A stretch of DNA of 64,000 nt from Candidatus Saccharimonadota bacterium (GCA_017406775.1 JAFQXV010000014.1:22962-86961); one strand, 5' to 3'. Shown: positions 21,201-31,401, counted from the stretch's first letter. Made by a program: numbers and translations. Notes: generated by a model not told the origin, from the letters alone.

Positions 21201-23381
21201 TTACAATTTCTTCAGGGACCACTTTTGTGCTTTCGTCCCATTAGCTTCCCACAATTGAACATTGGTACCATTTTGTTTTTTTGCGCCGTCAACATCTAGA
21301 ACCAAATTAGAACACGCAGAGCTAATTATATAACTATTATTTCCACCGTCATATATAGTCCATTTCTGAGCACACGTATTATTAGTAGACCATAAATGAA
21401 TATTCGTACCTTTACTTATACCAGCCGCCTCCACGTCAAGAGCTTTTTTAGTATTAGGATTTACTATATTGTAATAATCGCTTTTTGGATCATATTCGAT
21501 ATTCCACTTTTGTGCTACCGTACCATTACTCTCCCATATCTGAATATTGGTACCGTTTAAATTTTGATTTGCGTTTATATCTACCACTTTATTATCATCT
21601 AGAACTGGAGCTATTTCATATTCCCCATCTTTTATTACACCAATTTCTTTAAGTAACCATTGTTGCGCCTTCGTATCATTTGCACCATATAGCTGAATAT
21701 TTTGACCATTCATCGCCAAACCAGCCTCAAGATCAATCACTTTATTAGAACAGGCAGAGATAAAAGTATAATAATTATCATTTTTTAATATACTCCATTT
21801 TTGTGCACATGAATTGTTATTATCCCATACCTGTATATTAGTGCCATCACTGCTTAAGCCTGCATCAACATCAATTGTTTTTTTACTTTGATAATTGACT
21901 ATCCTGTAATATCCATCATTTGTTTTCTCAATTTGCCATCTCTGCGCGCCAGTATTATTGTTATTCCATATTTGAATATTTGTTCCATTTCGCGCATTTT
22001 TTATTCCACCACTAATATCGATCACCTTCTTCTCATTTACTCTTGATTGAATCGTATATAATCCATCTTTTTCTAAACTATTTACCGGAATAATATTCCA
22101 TCCTTGAGTAGTTTTTTCTTGATATTGCATTATGGCTATATTTGGAGATTCATCTTTTTTAACATCTTCAACGCTTATAGCTTTTTCCGAACAAGCAGAT
22201 AAAAATGCAACCAATCCATTCCCTTTATCAACTATTTTCCACCGCTGGGCACAAGTTTCGTTTGACTCCCATAATTGAATATTAGTTCCATCCTCAATGC
22301 CAGCCCCTTCTACATCCAATGCTTTTCCACTTAAAGTATTAAAAATGGTATAATCCTGAGTTGCTGAATTATATTTTAAATACCATTTTTGTGCGTCAGA
22401 ATCATTTTTTTCGAATACTTGAATATTCGTACCATTTATATTTCTATTTGCATAAACATCAATTACTTTATTTATTTCTTTTTCCATTCTTATATAGTAT
22501 GTACCGTCTGGAACTCTCATTCCGGTATATGTTTTTAACGACCCACCGAACCAATCTTCAAAATATCTATAAAAGTTCAAATTTCCATAAGCGCTACAAT
22601 TATCACTTCCACCCGCCAAAGTCACTGCATTTGGTTGATACGGCGTATAACGATATAAAGCCGATGTAGCCAAGTTTCTAATATTTACCACCGATCCACC
22701 GCAAGACGCATTTGGGTTATATTGTATATAATTATTACCTAATGGATAATTAGTCCATCCACCATCAAGTACCGTCCTAAACATTGCCGCAGCATTCCTA
22801 ATTTGATTTTTTAGCCCATAATATTTAGAGGAACATTCTGCCGTATCCGGGCACCCATACCCAGTAGCCGAACGATATTGTTGACTATGTGGAAAGGTAT
22901 CTCTTACTAGACTCTGCTCTTTTTCAAGTAAAACCAATAAAACTTGTGGATTAATCCGGTAATCCTGCGCCGCTTGATAAATAATGTGCGCCGCCGTACC
23001 ACCATCAAATACCTCATCCGCCATACAAACAAAATGACCATCCTTAATGTGCCAAGTCCTTGGTGGCGACATTTCCGAAAAATACCCAACCTTTTCCCCA
23101 ACCGTATATCTTCCAATGCTAGTATCATTACAGGAATTTTTTGATTTTAAAAATGCCTGTATCTGCGACTCATCCATTGAATTATAATTACTCATTTGAT
23201 AATCGGAAATAATATACCCTGGATCGAATTTTGCTAGATTAACTGCCTCCACTTCTTCATCTAATACCTTACCCCGCTGGACTAAAAATGAAAATACAAA
23301 CACTGCCACAAACACCAAACCAACAAAATACCATGCTCTTTTATTTCTTCGTCTCACTGTCTTCTGCTCCATTTTAATCAT
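21201..23381 (-). CDS. Secreted protein: lysozyme-like N-terminal domain plus three ricin-B lectin domains
   Basis: N-terminal TM; AAQDYRINPQVLLVLLEKEQSL..YRYTPY; nine QxW subdomains. Confidence 0.8.
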   Translation of the reverse strand: MIKMEQKTVRRRNKRAWYFVGLVFVAVFVFSFLVQRGKVLDEEVEAVNLAKFDPGYIISDYQMSNYNSMDESQIQAFLKSKNSCNDTSIGRYTVGEKVGYFSEMSPPRTWHIKDGHFVCMADEVFDGGTAAHIIYQAAQDYRINPQVLLVLLEKEQSLVRDTFPHSQQYRSATGYGCPDTAECSSKYYGLKNQIRNAAAMFRTVLDGGWTNYPLGNNYIQYNPNASCGGSVVNIRNLATSALYRYTPYQPNAVTLAGGSDNCSAYGNLNFYRYFEDWFGGSLKTYTGMRVPDGTYYIRMEKEINKVIDVYANRNINGTNIQVFEKNDSDAQKWYLKYNSATQDYTIFNTLSGKALDVEGAGIEDGTNIQLWESNETCAQRWKIVDKGNGLVAFLSACSEKAISVEDVKKDESPNIAIMQYQEKTTQGWNIIPVNSLEKDGLYTIQSRVNEKKVIDISGGIKNARNGTNIQIWNNNNTGAQRWQIEKTNDGYYRIVNYQSKKTIDVDAGLSSDGTNIQVWDNNNSCAQKWSILKNDNYYTFISACSNKVIDLEAGLAMNGQNIQLYGANDTKAQQWLLKEIGVIKDGEYEIAPVLDDNKVVDINANQNLNGTNIQIWESNGTVAQKWNIEYDPKSDYYNIVNPNTKKALDVEAAGISKGTNIHLWSTNNTCAQKWTIYDGGNNSYIISSACSNLVLDVDGAKKQNGTNVQLWEANGTKAQKWSLKKL

Positions 23382-23929
23382 ATCCTAATTTCACCTTTTA
23401 TACTACCAATCTTATCACCTGAAGAAAGTTTTATTACAATATCATAGTTGCCTTCACCCATATTAGAAACCGGGATATCAAAACCTTCACAGGTAGCAGT
23501 AGAAGCCGAATTTATAATCTTAACATTTTCATTATATACTACAGTTTCATCACTTATTAAACTTAGGGTACAATTTCCTTCACTCAAATATTGGTCGATA
23601 TTTACTCTAATAGTAATTTTATCATTCATTATTCCGGCATAAGTCACCGAACCAGATAATTCTTCGTTTAAATTTGGGTCATTCCCCTCATACTGAACTA
23701 CCTTTTTTTCATCATTCTCGCCATTAGATTTAGCCTCATCTTCTTCATTAATTATATTCTCATTCTCTTTTTTATCTTTTTCAACATACTTAGATTCCCC
23801 TATTTCTATAGTTTTGTCGTTGAAGTAATTATCCCATACTAAATAACAAATTGCTCCAGCTACAATTACCAAAACCAAAAACAATAACCATATGATCCAA
23901 TTTTTATTTCTTTTACGTCTATTTACCAT
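23378..23929 (-). CDS. Membrane-anchored hypothetical protein
   Basis: Basic N-terminus + TM, acidic linker, beta-rich C-terminal domain; AGGAG upstream. Confidence 0.75.
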   Translation of the reverse strand: MVNRRKRNKNWIIWLLFLVLVIVAGAICYLVWDNYFNDKTIEIGESKYVEKDKKENENIINEEDEAKSNGENDEKKVVQYEGNDPNLNEELSGSVTYAGIMNDKITIRVNIDQYLSEGNCTLSLISDETVVYNENVKIINSASTATCEGFDIPVSNMGEGNYDIVIKLSSGDKIGSIKGEIRI

Positions 23930-23983
23930 TAATTACAATACTCCTATCATTATCATACCATAACAACTTTAAAATAAAAGATT

Positions 23984-25282
23984 TCACAGTGAGTTTATAT
24001 AATTAGCACCATGCCAACCATATTGCAATTCAAAATGTTCAAACCTTCTCTTAACCCAGTCCTTCATTTCTTCTTTTTCAGATTGAAATTGTTTTTTATC
24101 CCATTTCCTAACATCAACCTCTGCACTCTTTTGTATATCATTTAATCTTTCGTAAAGGATAGTTAAATATTCTATTTTCCTCCCTGATATTTTTTGATTA
24201 AAAATTTTTAAAACCTCATCCTTAAAATCACTAATTTCCATTAAATAATAAAATATCCTTGCAATGCTTAAATCTTCCATTAAGCCGCCTTCACCAAAAG
24301 CCTCTTTTTTTCTAACCATATCTTCGGATGGTGAATAAAAGTCATCCCATATTTGTCCCCACCTCCAATCTTTATTTCCGAATGCTAAATCAAAATCCCA
24401 TACTGGCCCAGCATAGATTTTATTATTTTTTCCATCCTGATATAAATAAAAACTCGATGAGTACGCATCTGGATCTACGGCGAATTCACTTACTAAAAAG
24501 AATTCCGCAAACGATTTTACATCAATCAAGTTCTTAATAGTCTCATAATCACCTTTTTCAGCCGCTATTTCGAACCTATTAAAAACATCAATAAATGCAC
24601 CTACGTTTTTTATAACATCCCCACTGTCATTATAGTCTTTTAGTATTAAACAATTCCCAGCATAAGTCCAATAACAATTACCATCATTATGTAAATTATC
24701 TAGCTCAAATAATAAACCATCATCCTCTCGTATATCAACAGAAGCCTTTGATATTTCTATTTTTTCAATTAAATAATATAAACCTTCATATTCATTATTA
24801 AAGTAAACTTCAACAAATTTTCCTAAATTATTATATTTCATACCCAACATATCAGCAAACACAAAAGCCGCGTCATTTCGAATATAGCTCCCATCAAGAT
24901 AATTAGCTAAAAGAATCCATTTTTTAGTCTTCCCAAGATCAAACAATTGAGTACTTTTAGAAAATGTAATTTGATAAGATTTTTTTGGTTGATCCCAGCT
25001 CAGGTTTCCTCTTCCCTTGATTTCTACTCCTCTATACCTCAAAATTTCTTCGTTGTCATATATCTGTAAATCATTTCCTTTATATTTTATATCTTTCGGC
25101 CCTTCTTTTATTTCGCTCAGCGTGACTCCATTCAGGTCAATATTAATTCTTGCTACACCCCTATCAGGAAAATAATTATATAGAGCTCTATCAATTATAT
25201 TTTTAATCAAAATACCACCCAATAATACAATCATCAAAAACAATCCAACCGAATACGCCATCCACCTTCCCCTGTCATTCAT
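23984..25282 (-). CDS. CotH kinase family protein
   Basis: IKGRGNLSW..KKSY, WILLANYLD, GPVWDFDLAFGN. Confidence 0.88.
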   Translation of the reverse strand: MNDRGRWMAYSVGLFLMIVLLGGILIKNIIDRALYNYFPDRGVARINIDLNGVTLSEIKEGPKDIKYKGNDLQIYDNEEILRYRGVEIKGRGNLSWDQPKKSYQITFSKSTQLFDLGKTKKWILLANYLDGSYIRNDAAFVFADMLGMKYNNLGKFVEVYFNNEYEGLYYLIEKIEISKASVDIREDDGLLFELDNLHNDGNCYWTYAGNCLILKDYNDSGDVIKNVGAFIDVFNRFEIAAEKGDYETIKNLIDVKSFAEFFLVSEFAVDPDAYSSSFYLYQDGKNNKIYAGPVWDFDLAFGNKDWRWGQIWDDFYSPSEDMVRKKEAFGEGGLMEDLSIARIFYYLMEISDFKDEVLKIFNQKISGRKIEYLTILYERLNDIQKSAEVDVRKWDKKQFQSEKEEMKDWVKRRFEHFELQYGWHGANYINSL

Positions 25283-25304
25283 ACCATTATTCTATCATAT
25301 AAAA

Positions 25305-25634
25305 TTAATCTTCTAGATCTAATCTCAATATCTCTGCCGCCTTCTTTAATATCGTCTTCTGCTCCTCCGTACACAAAGTCATTCGCTCTTTAAACAATTC
25401 CACTGTTTCCTCATGCTTATAATCTAATATCTCGAGTGATCTAGCCGCACCAGGAACTTTTTTTAGTACACCCTTATTCACTAAATTATCAATATGCTCA
25501 GCCACCGCCGATACGCTAGACAGCCCCATTCCACTCATGATTTCACGATATGAAGGAGAATAATTGTTTTCTGCTGTAAAATTTTCCAAAAACTCCAATA
25601 ATGCTAATTGTTTTTTCGTTAACTTAAGACCCAT
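25305..25634 (-). CDS. lexA: LexA-like winged-helix DNA-binding protein (no S24 peptidase domain)
   Basis: LTKKQLALLEFL..YSPSYREI..GLSSVSAVAEHIDNLVNKG..GAARSLEI; only 109 aa. Confidence 0.75.
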   Translation of the reverse strand: MGLKLTKKQLALLEFLENFTAENNYSPSYREIMSGMGLSSVSAVAEHIDNLVNKGVLKKVPGAARSLEILDYKHEETVELFKERMTLCTEEQKTILKKAAEILRLDLED

Positions 25635-25652
25635 ATGATATAATTATACCCA

Positions 25653-27335
25653 ATGGATAAGAATAAATCAATTGATGGGCTTAAACCTCGACAGTCCCAA
25701 AAAAAATCTACCCCTAAAAAAACTACTTCACCAAAAAAAGTAGCCTCTAATAAGAAGTCCGTTAAAAAATCAGCCGCCATAAACAAAACTACCCAAAAAA
25801 CAGTCAAAAAAACTAAGGATAATATTTCATTAACTACCACCCAATTAAATAACCTAGATGATTCTTTAACTAATAATACCCCTCAAACCACAAATCCAGT
25901 CGAAGATTTTCTGAACCCAGTTCAAACCTTTGATTTTGATGAAGTAAGTGGTAATCTTAAAGCCACAGCTCCAACCAACCAAACAAAAGTTAAAAAACAT
26001 CAACCAAAAGTCAAAAAACCTATGTCTAAAAAGCGTAAAATTATTTTAATTATCATTCTAGTTATTCTTTTATTACTATTAGCTGCTGGTGTTGGTTTTA
26101 TTTTGTGGGGTAATGATATTATTGCTAAAATCACTGGCGGACAAGGTAATGTCTTTGATTTAGTTTTTCAGAATGACGTATATAAACCACTTAAAACCGA
26201 TTCAAACGGTCGCACTAATATATTAGCCTTTGGTACTAGCGGCTACAATATGGATGGCGAAGAAGGTAATGGAGTACACGACGGTGCACAACTTACTGAT
26301 TCCATAATGGTAATAAGCCTCGATCAAGAAACTGGCGACATTGCTATGTTAAGTCTACCTCGTGACCTTAAAGCCTCACCTACTTGTACCGCAACCGGCA
26401 AAATTAATGAAGTCTACTGGTGTAATAATATGGATGGAGACAATGAATCCGCCGGCGCCAACGCCTTAATGGAGGAAGTTAACCGTATTTTAGGTATAGA
26501 TTTTCAGTATTATGCTCACCTAAACTGGGGGTCACTCATCCAAATCGTAGATGCACTTGGTGGTATCACTGTTACTTTAGATGAAGACATCTCGGACTAC
26601 TATTATACCGGCGCAGTTTTTGAAGCCGGTAAAGAGTACACTATTAATGGCGACCAAGCCTTAGGTTTAGCTCGCGCCCGCCACGGCACCGAATCTGGCG
26701 ATTTTTCTCGTGGCGCTTCTCAACAAAAAATCCTTGTCGGGATTAAAGATAAGGTCATAGAAAAAGGACTTTCTATTACCGATATTATCAATCTAGCTAG
26801 TGCACTAGGTGATAATCTTCGTACAAATTTTTCTATTGATGAAATAAAAACTTTAGCCCACTTATCATCCGAATTAGACTTTAATAGTATTCGTCAAGTT
26901 TCACTCATTGAGCCAGAAATACTTATGACCACTGGCACTATAAATGGTATCTCTTATGTTCTTCCAGTAGGTGGAGCTGGTTATTATACTAGAATTCAAG
27001 ATTACGTTGCAAAAATGTTTAGTAGTGATCCTAGAAATTACGAAGATTACACTATTATTGTCTTAAACGCCTCGGAAACTCCTGGTATCGCAGCGTCCGA
27101 AAAAACCTCCCTAGAAGAGGATGGTTACAGTAATATCGAAACTGGCGATACTACCATGGAAGATACTAGCGAAGAATATATCCTTTATTCACTCACAGAC
27201 ACCGCACCAGGCGTCAAAAAACTTCTCGAAGAAAAATATAATACCACCTCTAAAACCGCAGAGGAACTCCCGCAAACCATTCCACACGAATACGATTTTA
27301 TAATCATCATCAACAACACCCCAGAAACCAATTAA
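25653..27335 (+). CDS. LCP (LytR-CpsA-Psr) glycopolymer ligase with LytR C-terminal domain
   Basis: TNILAFG, LTDSIMVI, MLSLPRD, LARARH..DFSRGASQQ; IVLNASETPGIA. Confidence 0.92.
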   Translation: MDKNKSIDGLKPRQSQKKSTPKKTTSPKKVASNKKSVKKSAAINKTTQKTVKKTKDNISLTTTQLNNLDDSLTNNTPQTTNPVEDFLNPVQTFDFDEVSGNLKATAPTNQTKVKKHQPKVKKPMSKKRKIILIIILVILLLLLAAGVGFILWGNDIIAKITGGQGNVFDLVFQNDVYKPLKTDSNGRTNILAFGTSGYNMDGEEGNGVHDGAQLTDSIMVISLDQETGDIAMLSLPRDLKASPTCTATGKINEVYWCNNMDGDNESAGANALMEEVNRILGIDFQYYAHLNWGSLIQIVDALGGITVTLDEDISDYYYTGAVFEAGKEYTINGDQALGLARARHGTESGDFSRGASQQKILVGIKDKVIEKGLSITDIINLASALGDNLRTNFSIDEIKTLAHLSSELDFNSIRQVSLIEPEILMTTGTINGISYVLPVGGAGYYTRIQDYVAKMFSSDPRNYEDYTIIVLNASETPGIAASEKTSLEEDGYSNIETGDTTMEDTSEEYILYSLTDTAPGVKKLLEEKYNTTSKTAEELPQTIPHEYDFIIIINNTPETN

Positions 27336-27338
27336 TAC

Positions 27339-27518
27339 AAATAATAATAAAATACTAAATTATTACATAATGAGATTTAGACCAGATTTATTTGATGCAT
27401 TTTTTACAACTTAACAATGAAAAAATCTCCTAAATTATAAGGAGATTTTTTCTTGACTTATGTTGTAAACAAATACATCAAATAAGTCCAGTAATAATTT
27501 AGTATTTTATTATTATTT
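27339..27518. repeat. 180-bp nested imperfect inverted repeat filling the LCP/jag convergent intergenic region
   Basis: 27339-27366 is the exact reverse complement of 27491-27518 (28 bp); inner 12-bp perfect stem 27420-27431/27440-27451; middle arms near-identical. Confidence 0.92.
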
Positions 27519-27968
27519 CTTACTAATTATCAACTTTCTTTCTCTTCCCTCCCCCTCAGAGTGTGTATCAATATCCGAATAATCTTGAGCTAATTTATGC
27601 ACTACTCTTCTATCAGCCGCATTTAAATTAATTTCCATTGGCTCACCAGTTTCGCGTACTTTTTTAATCCATCCCTCTGCCTTTTCAGCAATTCTATCCG
27701 CTCTTTGTTTTTTATAGTTAGCAACGTCAACGTTAACTCTAGTTATTTCGGCTTCTTTAGATACTAATGCCATCGAAACAATATGCTGCAAAGCACGCAA
27801 ATTATCCGCATTACGCCCAATCAGAAGTGAGTTAAGTGAAGTAGATGGTACCGATAATTGAATCACCTCATCATCTATCGTAGAATAAACTGCCACATTG
27901 ATGCCAAAAAAGCTCAACAAGTCTTCTAGGTATTTAGCTGCAAACCTAATTGATTCATCTTTATTCAT
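27513..27968 (-). CDS. jag: Jag/KhpB-like RNA-binding protein (KH + R3H)
   Basis: LLIGRNADNLRALQHI, LNAADRRVVHK..SEGEGRERKLII; downstream of yidC. Confidence 0.88.
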   Translation of the reverse strand: MNKDESIRFAAKYLEDLLSFFGINVAVYSTIDDEVIQLSVPSTSLNSLLIGRNADNLRALQHIVSMALVSKEAEITRVNVDVANYKKQRADRIAEKAEGWIKKVRETGEPMEINLNAADRRVVHKLAQDYSDIDTHSEGEGRERKLIISKK

Positions 27969-27971
27969 TTA

Positions 27972-29072
27972 TTATCTCCTTTTCTTTTTAATATCACGTG
28001 CGGAGATTCTAGTAATTTTTGTTCCTGTTTTTTTATTTTCCACCACCTGAGTTTCTTTAATATTTTTAAGTTCTTTTAATACTGCCTTATCAGTCATATC
28101 ATCTATTTCTTTATCAATTCCCTTTAAAATAATTTTTTGTTGAATAACGGTAATAATATTACTTAAAAAGTAATAAAAAGCCAATGCGCCATTCAAATTA
28201 AACATGATTAAAAACATCATCACTGGCATCATATAGGACATCTGACTAGTAGTCATACTGCTAATATCAGATTCATCAAGTTCTTTACCATCTTTTGCTT
28301 CTTTAAGTAGATCACGGAATTTCTTTTTCTTTTCGGATTTACCTGATGGCATTTGTTGTTTTGTTGCTAAATATTGCACCACAGACGCTAATATTGCGCA
28401 AATTAAAATAAATAATGCACTGGGGCTAAACTTTCCAGTTAGTACATCACTTGCCTTTACATCTAATTTTATCCATCCAAATAATTCAGGATGAAAATCA
28501 TATTCACTTTTTTCTTCTACAGGGATTTCCTCATTAGCTAAATCATTTAAGTATATTTCCTGCTTTTCTTCTAGCGCTCTTATTTCCGAGCCCTCATAAG
28601 CCACAATATCGTACGCTCGGTTCATTAAATTATCAATTGGAAGTGGTGTAGCTATTACTCTAATTGCTGAAAAAATTGCAATAAAGATTGGTAACTGAAT
28701 AAATAAGGTTAAAATCGATGCGAATGGTTTTACGTTATATCTCTTATAAAGATCCATCGTTTGCAACGATTCGAGCTGTTTATTACCATTACAATTCTTC
28801 TTAATTTGCGTTAATTCTGGCTGCAACTTACGCATTAATTTTGTTTGATTAAGCTGTCTTTTCGTAAGCGGCCACATTAGTAGCTTCACTAAAATCGTAA
28901 AGATAATAATAGCTAGACCAAAATCGTGTACTAAATTAAAAATGACAAATAGTATATTAACTATCGGTCTTACAATGATAAAATCAATGAACTCAAATGG
29001 GCCTCCAGTAATAATTGAACCTACCACAAAAGCAATTAATACACCCCACAGAATAACCTTTTTTACACTCAT
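27972..29072 (-). CDS. yidC: Membrane protein insertase
   Basis: DFGLAIIIFTILVKLLMWPL, KLQPEL, IQLPIF; synteny. Confidence 0.95.
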   Translation of the reverse strand: MSVKKVILWGVLIAFVVGSIITGGPFEFIDFIIVRPIVNILFVIFNLVHDFGLAIIIFTILVKLLMWPLTKRQLNQTKLMRKLQPELTQIKKNCNGNKQLESLQTMDLYKRYNVKPFASILTLFIQLPIFIAIFSAIRVIATPLPIDNLMNRAYDIVAYEGSEIRALEEKQEIYLNDLANEEIPVEEKSEYDFHPELFGWIKLDVKASDVLTGKFSPSALFILICAILASVVQYLATKQQMPSGKSEKKKKFRDLLKEAKDGKELDESDISSMTTSQMSYMMPVMMFLIMFNLNGALAFYYFLSNIITVIQQKIILKGIDKEIDDMTDKAVLKELKNIKETQVVENKKTGTKITRISARDIKKKRR

Positions 29073-29080
29073 ATTATATA

Positions 29081-29425
29081 TTATATCACACCTTTACTTT
29101 GTTCTACTAGCTCTCCCAGTCTACACTCTAATTCATTAAAAGGAATTTTTAGTACATCCTTAGAATAAACTACGAAAATATAATCTCTTTTTTTAGGTAA
29201 TAGATCAAAATTATTTCTGATAGCCTCATATATTCGCCGCCTTATCCTATTTCTACCTACTGCAGTTTTTTCAACTTTTTTAGATACCACCACACCAACT
29301 CTTGTAAAGCCACGCTCATTATCAACAAAAACCAATGACATCTTTGGCGATCTTACGGTCTCCCCTTTTTGATATACATATCTAACTCCACCTCTAGAAT
29401 GGAATCGATATTTTTTATTTAGCAT
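29081..29425 (-). CDS. rnpA: Ribonuclease P protein
   Basis: VVVSKKV..AVGRNRIRRRIYE (RNR motif). Confidence 0.95.
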   Translation of the reverse strand: MLNKKYRFHSRGGVRYVYQKGETVRSPKMSLVFVDNERGFTRVGVVVSKKVEKTAVGRNRIRRRIYEAIRNNFDLLPKKRDYIFVVYSKDVLKIPFNELECRLGELVEQSKGVI

Positions 29426-29440
29426 AATATATATTATACA

Positions 29441-29578
29441 CTAAGCAGTTAAACGTGCGCGTCCTTTAATCCGACGACGTTTTAAAACTTTCTGACCATT
29501 CTTAGTGGCATTTCTTTTCATGAAACCATGTTCAACTTTGCGTTGCCTTTTATGAGGCTGATATGTTCGCTTTGGCAT
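29441..29578 (-). CDS. rpmH: 50S ribosomal protein L34
   Basis: Hand translation [45 protein letters not shown] (absent from ORF track). Confidence 0.97.
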   Translation of the reverse strand: MPKRTYQPHKRQRKVEHGFMKRNATKNGQKVLKRRRIKGRARLTA

Positions 29579-29630
29579 ATTATTCCTTAAACTTTAATTT
29601 ATTTCAAAAACTTATTATAGTATAACTCAT

Positions 29631-29758
29631 TTTTCCACATTTTTCAATATCTTTTCCACATCATTAATAGAGGAAGCCCTTTTTATGTGGAAAACTATTA
29701 ATCTGTTTATTCAAAACCAAATTATGACATATTTTTAAAAAAATAAACCTGTGGAAAA
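29631..29758. promoter_or_regulatory. DnaA box cluster (oriC part 1)
   Basis: TTTTCCACA at 29631 and 29652; TGTGGAAAA at 29686 and 29750. Confidence 0.88.
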
Positions 29759-29802
29759 CTTCATTTTTTCGTGCTATACTCTTTTAAAAGGAGGTTGGAA
29801 GA

Positions 29803-31161
29803 ATGTACGATGTTTGGCAAAATGCCTTAGCTGAGATCGAGCAACAAATATCCGTTGCTAATTTTTCCACCTGGTTTCAAGATACTTCACTTATTACCGC
29901 CGAAGACGGAAATATTAAAATCGGTGTAAAAAACTCCTTCTATGTTAAACAACTACGTGCTAGATATTACGACATTATCGCTAATGCTTTAAAAAACAAC
30001 AACACCCAAGTTAATAACATAGAATTTGAAGTAGTATCCACTAATAAACCCAAAATCAAACCTAGAGAAATCAGCACAGTTCAACCCATCAAGACTCAAA
30101 TTAAAACCATTCGTAAGAATAACCACGAAATAAAATCTTTTAGTAATGGCTTAAATCCAAAATATACTTTAGATAATTTCGTAATTGGTTCTAATAATGA
30201 ATTAGCGGTGGCAGCGGCTAAAAGTATTATTAACTCTCCAGGCGATAAATATAATCCCTTCTTCCTTTATGGTGGACCAGGCTTAGGTAAAACTCATCTA
30301 GTTCAGGCTATCGGTAACGAGCTTTTAAGGAATAATCCAGACTGCAAAATCCTCTACACTCCAATTTCGCATTTTTATTCAGATTTTATTGATGCAATTC
30401 AAAATGGCAAAGGTAAAGAGTTTAACTTAAAATTTCAGAAATTAGACTGTTTAATTATTGATGATTTTCAATTTATTGTTAACAAAGAAAAGAGCCAGGA
30501 AGAATTTTTTAATATCTTTAATGATCTGTATCAATTAAATAAACAAATTATCGTTACGTCCGATCGTTTACCTAGCCAAATTAAAACCGTAGATGAGCGT
30601 CTCTCCACTCGTTTAACCTGGGCTGGCGCCTTTGATATACAATTACCAAAATTTGAGGATAAATGCGCCATCTTACGCGCCAAAGCTGAACTTCAGGGTG
30701 CAGAAATTGAGCCAGAAGCTATTGAATATATTGCGGAAAACGTCAACACTAACATCCGTGACCTTGAAGGAGAGTTATCAACTATTCTCTTAATGTCAGA
30801 AGTTCGCGGCTTAACACCTTTAGAGTTAATTAATAACGGTTCAGTTTCCGTTAATAAAACCTCTAAACTCCGTCCGGTTTCCGCCAAACAAATCGTAGAC
30901 AAAACTGCCAAATATTACAATTTATCCACCAAAGAGATGTGTGGAAAATCGCGTATTGCCAATATAAAAAACGCTCGTCAGGTTACCATGTTCTTATTAT
31001 CTAAAGAACTAAATTTAAGTACAAATAAAATTGCGGCTGAAGTTGGAGTTAAAGATCACACCACTGTAATGCATGGAATTAAAAAAATCGAAAAAGATTT
31101 AAAACTTAACTTTATTTTACGCGATCAAATTGAAGAAATTAAGGAAAAAATCTATGGCTAA
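29803..31161 (+). CDS. dnaA: Chromosomal replication initiator
   Basis: YNPFFLYGGPGLGKTHL, LIIDDFQ, QEEFFNIFN, KDHTTVMH. Confidence 0.99.
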   Translation: MYDVWQNALAEIEQQISVANFSTWFQDTSLITAEDGNIKIGVKNSFYVKQLRARYYDIIANALKNNNTQVNNIEFEVVSTNKPKIKPREISTVQPIKTQIKTIRKNNHEIKSFSNGLNPKYTLDNFVIGSNNELAVAAAKSIINSPGDKYNPFFLYGGPGLGKTHLVQAIGNELLRNNPDCKILYTPISHFYSDFIDAIQNGKGKEFNLKFQKLDCLIIDDFQFIVNKEKSQEEFFNIFNDLYQLNKQIIVTSDRLPSQIKTVDERLSTRLTWAGAFDIQLPKFEDKCAILRAKAELQGAEIEPEAIEYIAENVNTNIRDLEGELSTILLMSEVRGLTPLELINNGSVSVNKTSKLRPVSAKQIVDKTAKYYNLSTKEMCGKSRIANIKNARQVTMFLLSKELNLSTNKIAAEVGVKDHTTVMHGIKKIEKDLKLNFILRDQIEEIKEKIYG

Positions 31162-31401
31162 AGTGGAAAAGATGTGTATAAAAATGTTAATTACTTTGTG
31201 TATAAAAAAAGTAAAACTCTGTGTAAAAAATATCAAAAATAATTATTCATGTGCAAAAAATAGTTTATTCACTAAGTTTTCCATTATTTTGCACCACTTT
31301 TTACCCAGCCTAACACTCCCTGTTATTAATCAATCTTTTCCACTATTCCACATACCCTACTATAACTACTACGATTATTATTTAATAGAAAGGATTAATA
31401 A
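31162..31401. promoter_or_regulatory. oriC part 2: degenerate DnaA boxes plus DnaA-trio-like tract
   Basis: TTTTCCACT 31337, TATTCCACA 31344, then ACCC and TAC TAT AAC TAC TAC GAT TAT TAT 31358-31381. Confidence 0.75.

Noticed and set aside
29631-29758. Non-canonical DnaA box
   Set aside because: TTTTCCACA fits the standard TTWTNCACA consensus
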